Position numbers and translations under genes: made by a program. 64,000 bases of DNA, taken from positions 7,033 through 71,032 of the forward strand of contig DATFUL010000002.1 of NCBI GenBank assembly GCA_035260845.1. The letters are read 5' to 3'. This stretch comes from Patescibacteria group bacterium. GTDB taxonomy: Bacteria > Patescibacteriota > Microgenomatia > UBA8517. A model generated the notes under the pieces. It did no database searches and was not told where the DNA came from. It saw nothing but the letters and a program-made list of their open reading frames with translations. Below are positions 46,371 through 55,522 of this stretch, piece after piece. The stretch's first letter is position 1. Each line of letters opens with the position of its first letter.

Positions 46371-47885
46371 CTATTTTTTTGGAGCTAAATCTATGCGGGC
46401 GTATATGCTGGCGTTTTCAATCTGATTAATAAGAAGATACTTTGTTCTTAGGAGTGGATTTAAATCAGGAAACGGATGGGCTGAAGTTAATACTATAAAT
46501 TTAGGGAGATTGTTTGTAAGTTCTCTAGCGACTTCAGATTGGCTTGAATAATCGAGTACATGATAATCGGCAACATATTTTATTGGAGGCAACCTTCTGG
46601 AAAGAGCATACACAACAGCCGAATCGGGATCCCACATAAAGACACGGTCAGATACTTTACTTGATTGCGACAAAAATTTGGCTATTTCGTAATTTCGATT
46701 AACTGTTGAACCGAAGGCCTGAAAATACTCCATCTTATTTGTCTTTCCTGTAGCGAAATTGATGAAACGAACATAATAACTGGCTGTTTGGTAATAGTAG
46801 AATTTATAATAGACGGGCACAAAAAAGGTCAGAGCTAGGGGTAATACTGCAAGTGACTGCATAACGCTTTTTTCAGCAAAAAACATGCCAAAAAGAAGAG
46901 ATAAAGGTGGAAGCACCTGGACAAAATAATGTGGATATGGTCTTTCCGATAAAGTAACTGCAAAAAGGGCAAGGAGTGTCCAAATGCTAAAAAGAATAAA
47001 GTTTCTGGATACTTTTTTTCTACTCAGAAATAAAGCAAAACTACCAAGAGCAACAATCAGCGCTCTTATTAAAAGGGGAGCGTTTCTAACATAGAACGGT
47101 TTTTGAACATCGCTTGGCCTAAAGCTGCTTAAATAACCAACATTTTGTAGGAATGCAGCCTTGATATATTCTGGGAGTGCACCTCTAAAGTAATACCAAC
47201 CAAAGGTAAACAAGATTGGCGTGCCAAAACCTAAGCTTAAAATAATAGTATTTTTGATTACATTACCCCAATTTTTAAAGTCATTAGTAATAAACCAATA
47301 AATTATTATTACAGGCAAATCAAAAGCCGCAGGAACTTTAAAAAGAGTGCCAAGCCCAAATAAAACTCCTGCAAAAAATATTTTTTTAGAATTTAGGCTT
47401 TCTGAAAGAAGAATAAATAGGGCAATAATAGTAAAACCAATCATAAAAAGTTCGGAATTGACTATATTCCCTTCAAAAAGTGGAATTGTAGTCAAGATCG
47501 CAAAAATTGAGGTCGATACCATCTGAGCCTTTTCATTTTTCTCAAACAGCTTTGCTGACAATTTATAAAAGAAGACGATACTAATTAGGCTCCAGAAGCA
47601 TAGAATCGCCTTAAACCAGAATAAGTTTCCGGCAACCGCCGCAGTTAAATAAAGAAGGGGGGGTTTGTTGTCATGTATATCTTTATAGAGGGTGAGTCCC
47701 TGGCGCACACCCTGACCAAGACTCATATAAATCATTTCGTCGCCATAATAATAGGGCTCAAAGAAAGACGGAATCCTAAGAATCAAAACGAGTGCTAAAA
47801 TTCCCAAGACCCAAGCTGGAAAATCAGGAAGATGTAATTTGTCTCCGACTCTGTGAAGCATATTCCAGAATGATTTCATTACCAT
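46371..47885 (-). CDS. GT-C fold glycosyltransferase (ArnT/PMT family 39/83-like)
   Basis: 504 aa with more than 10 TM. The first periplasmic loop YYGDEMIYMSLGQGVRQGLTLYKDIHDNKPPLLYL carries the DE...KPPL motif typical of ArnT/PMT_2 enzymes. Confidence 0.55.
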   Translation of the reverse strand: MVMKSFWNMLHRVGDKLHLPDFPAWVLGILALVLILRIPSFFEPYYYGDEMIYMSLGQGVRQGLTLYKDIHDNKPPLLYLTAAVAGNLFWFKAILCFWSLISIVFFYKLSAKLFEKNEKAQMVSTSIFAILTTIPLFEGNIVNSELFMIGFTIIALFILLSESLNSKKIFFAGVLFGLGTLFKVPAAFDLPVIIIYWFITNDFKNWGNVIKNTIILSLGFGTPILFTFGWYYFRGALPEYIKAAFLQNVGYLSSFRPSDVQKPFYVRNAPLLIRALIVALGSFALFLSRKKVSRNFILFSIWTLLALFAVTLSERPYPHYFVQVLPPLSLLFGMFFAEKSVMQSLAVLPLALTFFVPVYYKFYYYQTASYYVRFINFATGKTNKMEYFQAFGSTVNRNYEIAKFLSQSSKVSDRVFMWDPDSAVVYALSRRLPPIKYVADYHVLDYSSQSEVARELTNNLPKFIVLTSAHPFPDLNPLLRTKYLLINQIENASIYARIDLAPKK

Positions 47886-47911
47886 TCTATATTAGGATAT
47901 AATTTGCCTAT

Positions 47912-48856
47912 ATGCAAAAAGTTCTCATTACTGGGGGTGCTGGATTCATTGGGTCTCATTTATGTGAGGTTTTACTAAACAAAGGTTATAAGATAATTTG
48001 TTTAGATAATTTACTAACTGGATCTAAGAAAAATATTGAGCCACTTTTGGGAAACTCTAATTTTGAATTTATTGAAGCTGATGTTTGTAAACCTTTAGAC
48101 AATTTTGTTAATCAAGAAATTAGTCATATTTTTCATCTGGCCTCTCCCGCCTCGCCAATTGATTATCAGAATCACCCAGAAGAAACGTTGTTAGTTAACT
48201 CTCAGGGAACGCTAAATGTTTTAGCACTAGCGCGTGACTCAAAAGCCAAAATTTTGGTAGCATCTACATCTGAAGTTTATGGGGATCCGCTTGAGCATCC
48301 CCAAAAAGAAACTTATTGGGGAAATGTTAATTCGTTTGGGCCAAGATCTTGTTATGATGAAAGTAAGCGTTTTGCAGAGTCTGCTACTTATATATTTTTA
48401 AATAAATATAAAATTGACGCAAGGATAGTTAGGATTTTTAATACCTACGGTCCTAAAATGCAAAAAGACGATGGACGAGTAGTAAGTAATTTTATTAATG
48501 CGGCTTTAACCAACCAAGATATAAAAATTGACGGAGATGGAAGCCAGACCCGTTCTTTTTGTTTTGTCTCCGACTTGGTGGATGGAATAACAAAAGCCAT
48601 GTTTTCGGAACAGACAACCGGGGAGATCTTTAATTTAGGAAACCCGGTTGAATATACTATTAAAGAACTAGCCGATAAGGTGATTAAACTTACCGCCGCA
48701 AGCTCTCAAATTAAATATAGTGAAACCTTTAGACAAGATGATCCAATGAGAAGAAAACCAGATATAACAAAAGCAAAAAATGTTTTGGGTTGGGAGCCAA
48801 ATGTAAATATTGAAGAGGGACTTGGGAAGACTATTGAGTATTACAAATCTCTTTAA
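47912..48856 (+). CDS. uxs: UDP-glucuronate decarboxylase (UDP-xylose synthase), SDR family
   Basis: 314 aa. MQKVLITGGAGFIGSHLCEVLLNKGYKIICLDNLLTGSKKNIEPL. Catalytic YDESKRFAE (YxxxK). STSEVYG. High similarity to the UXS/ArnA decarboxylase-domain pattern. Confidence 0.75.
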   Translation: MQKVLITGGAGFIGSHLCEVLLNKGYKIICLDNLLTGSKKNIEPLLGNSNFEFIEADVCKPLDNFVNQEISHIFHLASPASPIDYQNHPEETLLVNSQGTLNVLALARDSKAKILVASTSEVYGDPLEHPQKETYWGNVNSFGPRSCYDESKRFAESATYIFLNKYKIDARIVRIFNTYGPKMQKDDGRVVSNFINAALTNQDIKIDGDGSQTRSFCFVSDLVDGITKAMFSEQTTGEIFNLGNPVEYTIKELADKVIKLTAASSQIKYSETFRQDDPMRRKPDITKAKNVLGWEPNVNIEEGLGKTIEYYKSL

Positions 48857-48864
48857 ACCTTAAT

Positions 48865-50352
48865 TTACACCTTCTCTGTAACTCGATATTCTATATATTT
48901 GCCAAGCATTAGTCGAGTATGCGCATCAATTCCAGGTAAAGCTCCAAAGAAAAACCCAGCGACTGGCAATAAAACAAATTCAAAAGGAGTAAGTATTACT
49001 CTCCAAAGCGGATAATCTTTTGGCCTTTCGGGTTTATGAATATTATCAATAAAAATCATAACTAGAAGAAAAATAAGCGCAACAGTAAGAGTCCAAGAAG
49101 ATAATTTTGGAACTGTGTAACCTAGAGCGGTTCTTCCAAAAGCTGGGTTCAATAGTGTTGGAACGGTTAAACCGATTGTAATAATGAACCAATTAACAGG
49201 CCAAAGGAAATGGGCCCAAAGAACCTGGAAGAGCCTTGTTGTTTTTTCCAAAAATGGAATATCGGTTAATAAATAACTTTTAATTATCCAAGGATCGTCA
49301 CTTACCCCCCAAGCCCACCTTTGAATTTGTTGATATTGATTTTTGACAGTTTTCCAAAATGAAGTCGATTGTGGGGCGTCAGCAAAAAGAGGTAAGTAAA
49401 TTGGTTCGACTTCGATTCCACCACCCTTTTTGTAAAAAGTTTTAAAGAATATTCCCCAGTCCTCCGGAATTTTATCTGCATCCCAGTAACCAATTTCATC
49501 CAACAACTTAAAAGATAGGGAATAGTTAGCGGTATTAATTAATCTATCGCGTCTTGCAAGCTGAGAAAGATTTAATATAGACATTAAGGAATTGGGGACA
49601 CGGGTAATTGCTGGAACTTCCCAAATGTTGTTATAAAACATAACCGAAGGCTGCCAAAACATTCTATAACGGTTTGGATTATCCAAAAATTTAAATGTTA
49701 AGGAAGCAAAATGTTTGGGGTGATATTTATGATCGGCGTCACATGAAGTAACTGTAAAGTAATCTATGTTTTTCTTTTCTCGGTCTATATAGTTTTCTTT
49801 GACCCAGATTGCGGCAAAGCGTTCGTTTGAGGCTTTTCCTGCAACCTCACCCATTTCGAGTTCGTGAACAGTAATAAAAATATTTTTAAATATTCCTTTA
49901 AATTTTGCTTTTAAATATTTAACTTTTTCTTCTCTGTCTTCTCTGACTTCTTTTCCTTCCATAGCAAGAACAACGTTAATTTGTTTGGTAGGGAATTCTT
50001 GAGACGCAAGAGAGTTGAAAGTTCTTTCAAGAGTATGAATGGGTTCTTTATAGGTTGGAATAATTACAACATGCTCAACTTTTTCCCAATCAGGAAAGCC
50101 TTTGACGTCACCCATCCAATCATATACTTTTGCAGCCTGAATTCTTAAATGAGCAACAATTGCTGAGATTGCAATTTGAAGGGATTGGAAAAACCAATAA
50201 ATATTAAAAATTAAAACAAAGTAAGCAACAACTTGAGGCATTACAAAAATTCCCCAATAGGGGAAGAGGATAAGATTCCAAGAAGTAAAACCCGGCAAAA
50301 TTTCAAGAAGACGAAGAACTCCTTTTTCGTGTTTTCTAATATAGTCCTTCAT
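48865..50352 (-). CDS. processive family-2 glycosyltransferase (cellulose/chitin-synthase-like) membrane protein
   Basis: 495 aa. HVVIIPTYKEP. TSCDADHKYH (DxD). QIQRWAWG (QxxRW). N- and C-terminal TM helices. Confidence 0.65.
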   Translation of the reverse strand: MKDYIRKHEKGVLRLLEILPGFTSWNLILFPYWGIFVMPQVVAYFVLIFNIYWFFQSLQIAISAIVAHLRIQAAKVYDWMGDVKGFPDWEKVEHVVIIPTYKEPIHTLERTFNSLASQEFPTKQINVVLAMEGKEVREDREEKVKYLKAKFKGIFKNIFITVHELEMGEVAGKASNERFAAIWVKENYIDREKKNIDYFTVTSCDADHKYHPKHFASLTFKFLDNPNRYRMFWQPSVMFYNNIWEVPAITRVPNSLMSILNLSQLARRDRLINTANYSLSFKLLDEIGYWDADKIPEDWGIFFKTFYKKGGGIEVEPIYLPLFADAPQSTSFWKTVKNQYQQIQRWAWGVSDDPWIIKSYLLTDIPFLEKTTRLFQVLWAHFLWPVNWFIITIGLTVPTLLNPAFGRTALGYTVPKLSSWTLTVALIFLLVMIFIDNIHKPERPKDYPLWRVILTPFEFVLLPVAGFFFGALPGIDAHTRLMLGKYIEYRVTEKV

Positions 50353-50401
50353 ATAATATAAATAGATTATAGCTCTTGACGGGCCTTGCCCGCCGAAGCT
50401 G

Positions 50402-51814
50402 TTAGCGTAGGCGGGGGAATAGCGGAGCCTCTGATTTTATTTTTGGCCCTTTGAATTGATTTTCAATTTTTTGCGCGGTCTCTGGGAGGAAGGGTTTTAA
50501 CTCAAACCCGATCTGACGAATTCGGTCTACACAAATTTGAAGAAAATCTTTCAGCTTTGTTTCATCCTTTATATTCCATGGCTCAGTTTTATTAATCATC
50601 TCATCTAGGGATTTTATCTCTGTCTGAACAATTCCAATTACTTGATCCAACTTGAATTCTTCGACATCTTTTATGTACTCTTTTGTAAATGCAGGTTTAT
50701 ATTCAGTGAAAACATCAACTTTTTCTGAGAGTTTAGCAATCCTTGCAACAACATTTCCCAAACCGTTTGCCAAGTCGGAATTAAACTTTGTATCAAAAGA
50801 TTTCAATGAAATATTTCCATCTGATCCAAACGAAACAGCGGAAATCATCAAATATCTGGCCCCATCGACTCCGTATTTATCTACCAACTGCTTCGGGGTT
50901 ATTACGTTCCCCAGAGATTTGGACATCTTCTGTCCGTAGATTGTAAAAAATCCATGAGCGAAGACTGTGTCTGGTATTTTTTCTCCAGCTGCAATAAGTA
51001 ACGCTTCCCAAATTACTGCATGAAACCAAAGAATATCCTTTGCCATTAAGTGAAGATCGGCTGGCCAGAATTTTTCTTTATCTTCTAAGAATTTTGTCGC
51101 AGAAAAATAATTTATTAATGCATCCACCCAAACATAAATAGTTTGAGATTTATCCCATGGAAGTGGAATTCCCCAAGTGACTCCTTCTCGGGAAACCGAG
51201 ACGTCCTCAATTCCTTGCTCAATACGGCTTAAGATTTCGTTTTTTCTTTCTTCCGGAAGAATGTTATATTCCGCCGACTTTAATTTTGGCAAGACCTTAT
51301 CGTTCACCAACTCTTTGAGTTTTAGAAAATAGTTCTTCTCTTTTTGATACGAAATCTCTTTGTTTGGATGAAGTGGGCATCTGCCGTCGACAAGCTCTGA
51401 TTCTTTGTAAAACCTTTCACAACCAATACAATACGGTCCTTCGTAAATTCCAGAATAAATATAGCCCGCATCGTAAACCTTTTGCAATAGTTCACTAACT
51501 ATTTTTTCATGCCTTGGATCTGTTGTCCTGATAAAAAAATCGTAGTCAATGTTTAGAAGTTTCCAGGCCTCCTTAAATTCTTGGGAAACTTTATCAGCAA
51601 GTTGGATCGGTGTAAGACCTTTTTCTTTGGCTACTGTCTGAATTTTTTGGCCATGTTCATCAGTTCCCACTAAAAAAAAGACATTTTCTTTGCCAAACTT
51701 TCCGCGGTAGTACCTGGCAATAATATCTCCGGCCAAAGTGGTATAGGCGCTCCCGATATGGGGGGCGTCGTTCACATAATAAATAGGAGTTGTGACGTAA
51801 TATTTCTTAGGCAT
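50402..51814 (-). CDS. metG: methionine--tRNA ligase (short form)
   Basis: 470 aa. YYVTTPIYYVNDAPHIGSAYTTLAGDIIARYYR. Zn knuckle CPLHPNKE...C. KMSKSLGNVITP. No C-terminal tRNA-binding appendix. Confidence 0.9.
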   Translation of the reverse strand: MPKKYYVTTPIYYVNDAPHIGSAYTTLAGDIIARYYRGKFGKENVFFLVGTDEHGQKIQTVAKEKGLTPIQLADKVSQEFKEAWKLLNIDYDFFIRTTDPRHEKIVSELLQKVYDAGYIYSGIYEGPYCIGCERFYKESELVDGRCPLHPNKEISYQKEKNYFLKLKELVNDKVLPKLKSAEYNILPEERKNEILSRIEQGIEDVSVSREGVTWGIPLPWDKSQTIYVWVDALINYFSATKFLEDKEKFWPADLHLMAKDILWFHAVIWEALLIAAGEKIPDTVFAHGFFTIYGQKMSKSLGNVITPKQLVDKYGVDGARYLMISAVSFGSDGNISLKSFDTKFNSDLANGLGNVVARIAKLSEKVDVFTEYKPAFTKEYIKDVEEFKLDQVIGIVQTEIKSLDEMINKTEPWNIKDETKLKDFLQICVDRIRQIGFELKPFLPETAQKIENQFKGPKIKSEAPLFPRLR

Positions 51815-51847
51815 GCCTATATTGTACCCTTTTTGAGACTAAAAAGC

Positions 51848-52105
51848 CTATGAAGTTGGTTTAGAAGACTCATTTTTTATTTTGAGGAGGGCCACTAGTT
51901 CATTGATTCGTGGAATATTTATTTCACCATAAGCCACATTGTTTCTTTTAGCTAAAGCTCTTACTAAGCCTCTCATGTTGTCAGTTCTTCCCTCGTCACT
52001 TTGTTCACTGACAAATCCACGAGTATTCTCCATATATCTTGCTCGAAAAGTACTATGATTACCATCTACTCTTATACCGATACTAACTATTCGCCTATCA
52101 ATCAT
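51848..52105 (-). CDS. hypothetical small protein
   Basis: 85-aa ORF with no motif. Coding reality uncertain. Confidence 0.3.
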   Translation of the reverse strand: MIDRRIVSIGIRVDGNHSTFRARYMENTRGFVSEQSDEGRTDNMRGLVRALAKRNNVAYGEINIPRINELVALLKIKNESSKPTS

Positions 52106-52142
52106 GATTATGGTTATAAAATATTTTCTTAATTAAGTCAAA

Positions 52143-52499
52143 TTAATCTTTGGTGAATTTCTTGATTCTTTGATCCCAAACATTTGCCCATTCATCGGCT
52201 TCAATATTTTTAATCGCCAGTTTTAAGCCATTTGTTTTTAACAACTTCTCAGTTTCAGTAATTTCTTTTACAGAGGCTTCTAAGTTTGTTTTAATATTTT
52301 CTACGTCTCGGCCTTTTTTAAGCCAGTAGGCGACTGCTAAACGTTTTATATATTTTTCCAGTTCATTATCATCAAAAAAATCTGTTAAGAATAATTCAAT
52401 TTCCTTCGGATTTTTTAAATCAGAGAGCATTTTACTAAGAGTTCTAAGGAGTTGCCTTTTGAGGGAAGAGTTCATTGAGCGAAATATAACTCCACACAT
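52143..52499 (-). CDS. putative TrpR/YerC-YecD-like DNA-binding protein
   Basis: 118 aa. EKYIKRLAVAYWLKKGRDVENIKTNLEASVKEITETEK loosely fits the TrpR-like HTH. Weak call. Confidence 0.3.
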   Translation of the reverse strand: MCGVIFRSMNSSLKRQLLRTLSKMLSDLKNPKEIELFLTDFFDDNELEKYIKRLAVAYWLKKGRDVENIKTNLEASVKEITETEKLLKTNGLKLAIKNIEADEWANVWDQRIKKFTKD

Positions 52500-52843
52500 A
52501 TCGCTATTGCAACTATCAAAAGAATGTTAAGAATATTTCCTACTCCTAAGTAGCTTAATATCGCAAAAAAAGTGAGAGCGATAGACACAATAATTCCGCG
52601 TCTGGTGTTGCCAAAAATTAGAGAGAAAGTAAAAAGGAGAACACTAAAAAATAATATAAAAAATATTGGAATAGCTGCAAAAGTTCCTGGATCTATAAAA
52701 TAAACCAACCCAGCAATAAGAAGCCAAAGGACTATTGTTGCAAATAGGGTAGGTAAAAAATTTTTATGTTTAAGTTTTTGCTCTCTTCTTAACTCTTTCT
52801 TCATGGCATATAATAGGCGAATGGATCCAGCAATTGTTCTCAT
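52472..52843 (-). CDS. small membrane protein, hypothetical
   Basis: 123 aa with 3 TM helices. The 5' end overlaps the rmuC start region, so the true start is probably the internal Met. Confidence 0.4.
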   Translation of the reverse strand: MRTIAGSIRLLYAMKKELRREQKLKHKNFLPTLFATIVLWLLIAGLVYFIDPGTFAAIPIFFILFFSVLLFTFSLIFGNTRRGIIVSIALTFFAILSYLGVGNILNILLIVAIAICVELYFAQ

Positions 52844-53807
52844 TATAGTATTATCCGCCCTGGTTATATTGGCAATTTTTGTTAATAGAAAATTATCAGA
52901 TATTAAAGATTCACAAAAACCATCCGACGAGTTACTTGAGATTATAAAAACTTTACAAACTGGCTCCCGTGAAGACAGGCGCGATTTACTTTCTTCTCTC
53001 CAAAAAAATACTCAAGCTGTTAATGAAAGATTGGACAATGCTGCAAGAGTAATTTCCCAAGTCCAAAAAAATATTGGGGAATTCTCTGAAATTGGCCGTG
53101 GGATGAAAGACTTGCAAGAATTTCTCAATTCCCCAAAACTAAGGGGGAATATGGGAGAGCAAATTTTAAAAGAACTTCTTAAACAATTTTTACCAAGTCA
53201 CGCCTTTGCCATTCAATATACTTTCAAGAGCGGGGAGAAGGTGGACGCAATTATTAAAACTTCTGGTGGAATTATTCCAGTCGACTCAAAATTCCCAATG
53301 GAAAACTTCCGCAAGATGTCTGGAGACGGGGATGAAGTTTTCAAAAAAGGTGCTTCACGCGATTTTCTGAATGATGTTAAAAAACATATAGATGACATAT
53401 CTCGTAAATATATATTAGTTGATGAAGGAACGGTTGATTATGCTTTAATGTACATTCCTTCTGAATCTATTTATTACGAAATAATTAATAACGCCAGTCT
53501 TTTTGATTATTCATCAGAAAAAAGAATCTTAATCGTTTCTCCAAGCACTTTTTACGCTTATATGAAGGCAATCTTAATGAGCTTTGAGGGTCAAAAAATA
53601 GAAGCCCAAGCAAAAATCATTCTTTCCTCACTTCGTTCAATTCACAAAGACTATGGAAGAGTTAACGACAACCTGGGAGTAATGCAGAAGCATTTAACTA
53701 ATGCATACAACATGATGGGTAATGTTTTCTCCTCGTTCAATCAGCTAGGTCAAAAGATTGATTCTATACAAAAGTTGGGTGGGGGCGGGAAAAAAGAATT
53801 GGAATAA
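52803..53807 (+). CDS. rmuC: DNA recombination protein RmuC
   Basis: 334 aa. N-terminal TM plus coiled coil. RGNMGEQILKELLKQFLPSHAFAIQYTFKSGEKVDAIIKTSGGIIPVDSKFPMENF has the RmuC signature (GE--L---L, D-vi-lp-g--l-iDsK-P). Confidence 0.75.
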   Translation: MAYNRRMDPAIVLIIVLSALVILAIFVNRKLSDIKDSQKPSDELLEIIKTLQTGSREDRRDLLSSLQKNTQAVNERLDNAARVISQVQKNIGEFSEIGRGMKDLQEFLNSPKLRGNMGEQILKELLKQFLPSHAFAIQYTFKSGEKVDAIIKTSGGIIPVDSKFPMENFRKMSGDGDEVFKKGASRDFLNDVKKHIDDISRKYILVDEGTVDYALMYIPSESIYYEIINNASLFDYSSEKRILIVSPSTFYAYMKAILMSFEGQKIEAQAKIILSSLRSIHKDYGRVNDNLGVMQKHLTNAYNMMGNVFSSFNQLGQKIDSIQKLGGGGKKELE

Positions 53808-53875
53808 ATCCACAATTGACTTTTTAATTCAAAATATTTTAAGCTAGATATGTAGGAGAAGGGGGGTGATTATTT

Positions 53876-54397
53876 ATGGCATTAAGTTCTTTGGTTAACG
53901 AACTAAAAGATGCGATGATTGCTACTATTAAAGGGGCTTCTGACATGCTGACTGCACTTCGTGAGGGAGTAAAAACTCAAATTACAGGCGGAATGAAAGA
54001 TGTAACTGACGTAGTTGCCGCCGGAGTCCTTTCAGCGAAAGCTACTGGTGTCGCCCTAATTGACGCAGTCAAAAATGTAGTTTCTGCAGCAATAATGGCG
54101 GTAAGTGACACCGGAGGAGACGTAATGACAGCAACTTGGAAAGCTGTCTCTGGTGCGGTTTCTGGGGCTGCCGAGGTTGGTGAAGATGTTGGCGCAGTTG
54201 CAGTTTCTGCTGTAGAAAGTGCAATTGAAACTGCTGGAAAAGCAGGTAAGAGTACCGACGAAGCAGTTAAGATGGCAGTCGGTGGAGCAGTTGAAGCTGC
54301 TGACAAGATCGGTGGCGACGCAGGAAATTCTGTGCGCAGTGCACTTAGATCTGCGGCTTCTCTTCCAAAAGATTTGGTCGAGTCAGCCCTTAAGTAA
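53876..54397 (+). CDS. Ala/Val/Gly-rich hypothetical protein
   Basis: 173-aa low-complexity helical-repeat ORF. Strong SD (GGAGAAGGGGGG) upstream. Confidence 0.45.
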   Translation: MALSSLVNELKDAMIATIKGASDMLTALREGVKTQITGGMKDVTDVVAAGVLSAKATGVALIDAVKNVVSAAIMAVSDTGGDVMTATWKAVSGAVSGAAEVGEDVGAVAVSAVESAIETAGKAGKSTDEAVKMAVGGAVEAADKIGGDAGNSVRSALRSAASLPKDLVESALK

Positions 54398-54412
54398 TTT
54401 GTAGTTCACAAG

Positions 54413-54439
54413 CCTCGCCGGCAGAATGTGTCGGCGAGG
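54413..54439 (+). terminator. GC-rich hairpin downstream of 53876..54397 (possible terminator, no clear U-tract)
   Basis: CCTCGCCG-GCAGAATGTGT-CGGCGAGG. 8-bp GC-rich stem. Confidence 0.35.
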
Positions 54440-54462
54440 AAGATTTCTGGTATTATTCTTCT

Positions 54463-55032
54463 GTGGTAAACATCTTAGTGCTTCATGGATCCCATGGAAC
54501 TCCATATAAAAATTGGTATCCATATCTCAAGAAAATTGCTTCTAAAAAAGGATATGTTGTGAATATTCCTCAAATGAACTTTATTGAGAGTTTGGATGTT
54601 GAAAAAACTGCTAATAAACTTATTGAAAAAGATTTGATTAATTCTGAAACAACTATAATCGCGCATTCAAGTGGATCGCGTGTGGCTCTGGGAATTTTAA
54701 ATAATCTTCCCAAAAAAATAGTAGTTCAAAAAACAATCATGGTAGCTGGTTTTTCAAATTACAATTTACACCAAGCTCTATTCAGAGTAATTCCTAAAAG
54801 ATTTTACGTAAGGCTCTTCAATGTTAAATGGGATTGGGAGAAAGTTAAGAGTAGTTGTAAGAAATTTATATTTATTTACTCAGATGATGACCCATATGTG
54901 CCAATTGAGCAAGTAAAAATTTTAAATGAGAAATTGGGAGGCAAGTTGATTTGTATTCTTGGAGCTAAGCATTTTTCAGTCAATACAGATCCAAGGTTCA
55001 AAAAATTTCCACAAATGGTTAAATTTATCTGA
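54463..55032 (+). CDS. alpha/beta serine hydrolase (YdeN/RBBP9-like)
   Basis: 189 aa. NILVLHGSHGTPYKNWYP...IIAHSSGSRVAL (GxSxG-like nucleophile elbow) ...DDDPYVP. Confidence 0.5.
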   Translation: MVNILVLHGSHGTPYKNWYPYLKKIASKKGYVVNIPQMNFIESLDVEKTANKLIEKDLINSETTIIAHSSGSRVALGILNNLPKKIVVQKTIMVAGFSNYNLHQALFRVIPKRFYVRLFNVKWDWEKVKSSCKKFIFIYSDDDPYVPIEQVKILNEKLGGKLICILGAKHFSVNTDPRFKKFPQMVKFI

Positions 55033-55128
55033 ACCGAGTTATTCTTCATGCCACGACCTTTGTAATTTTTCTTGTTTTGCTCCATCCTATAATTTGATTT
55101 CTAGGCCCCAGAAATATATAATAGCCAC

Positions 55129-55476
55129 ATGTCAAACGGAACTGAATTTAGATTACCTCCAGAGTTGGAACAAGAAATGAGAAAATTTGAGGCTGAAAAA
55201 GCAGCGAAGATGGAGTCAATACACGCTGTTTTTGTAAAAATTGACGAACTTCCACTCATGAATTTTAACTCTGACCTTAAGAAAATGGAGAGGGTCAGGC
55301 CTGGGCAGTTCCACGGTGTAGAACATATTGCGAGACCTAGTGATCTGCTTGATAAAGACTACGGATCACAAGTTGATTTTCTTTTTGATGTCGAGACTCC
55401 AGATTTTGGAAGGGTGATGGACTTAATGACTATGTATGCAGTTGGAGAAGTATTGCATCAAATGGCTAGAGGTTAG
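55129..55476 (+). CDS. hypothetical protein
   Basis: 115-aa ORF. No motif. Confidence 0.4.
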   Translation: MSNGTEFRLPPELEQEMRKFEAEKAAKMESIHAVFVKIDELPLMNFNSDLKKMERVRPGQFHGVEHIARPSDLLDKDYGSQVDFLFDVETPDFGRVMDLMTMYAVGEVLHQMARG

Positions 55477-55522
55477 GTGCAACTTTTGATAAAGTATCAA
55501 TTCTTCATGTTACAATCTCTTC

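Noticed and set aside
51815-52142. Possible structured RNA (tmRNA/RNase P RNA) in the gap after metG instead of the 85-aa ORF
   Set aside because: No GGAAAGUCC-type RNase P P4 element, no tRNA-like TUCGA 3' domain and no tag-peptide reading frame were found. Left as a low-confidence hypothetical ORF.
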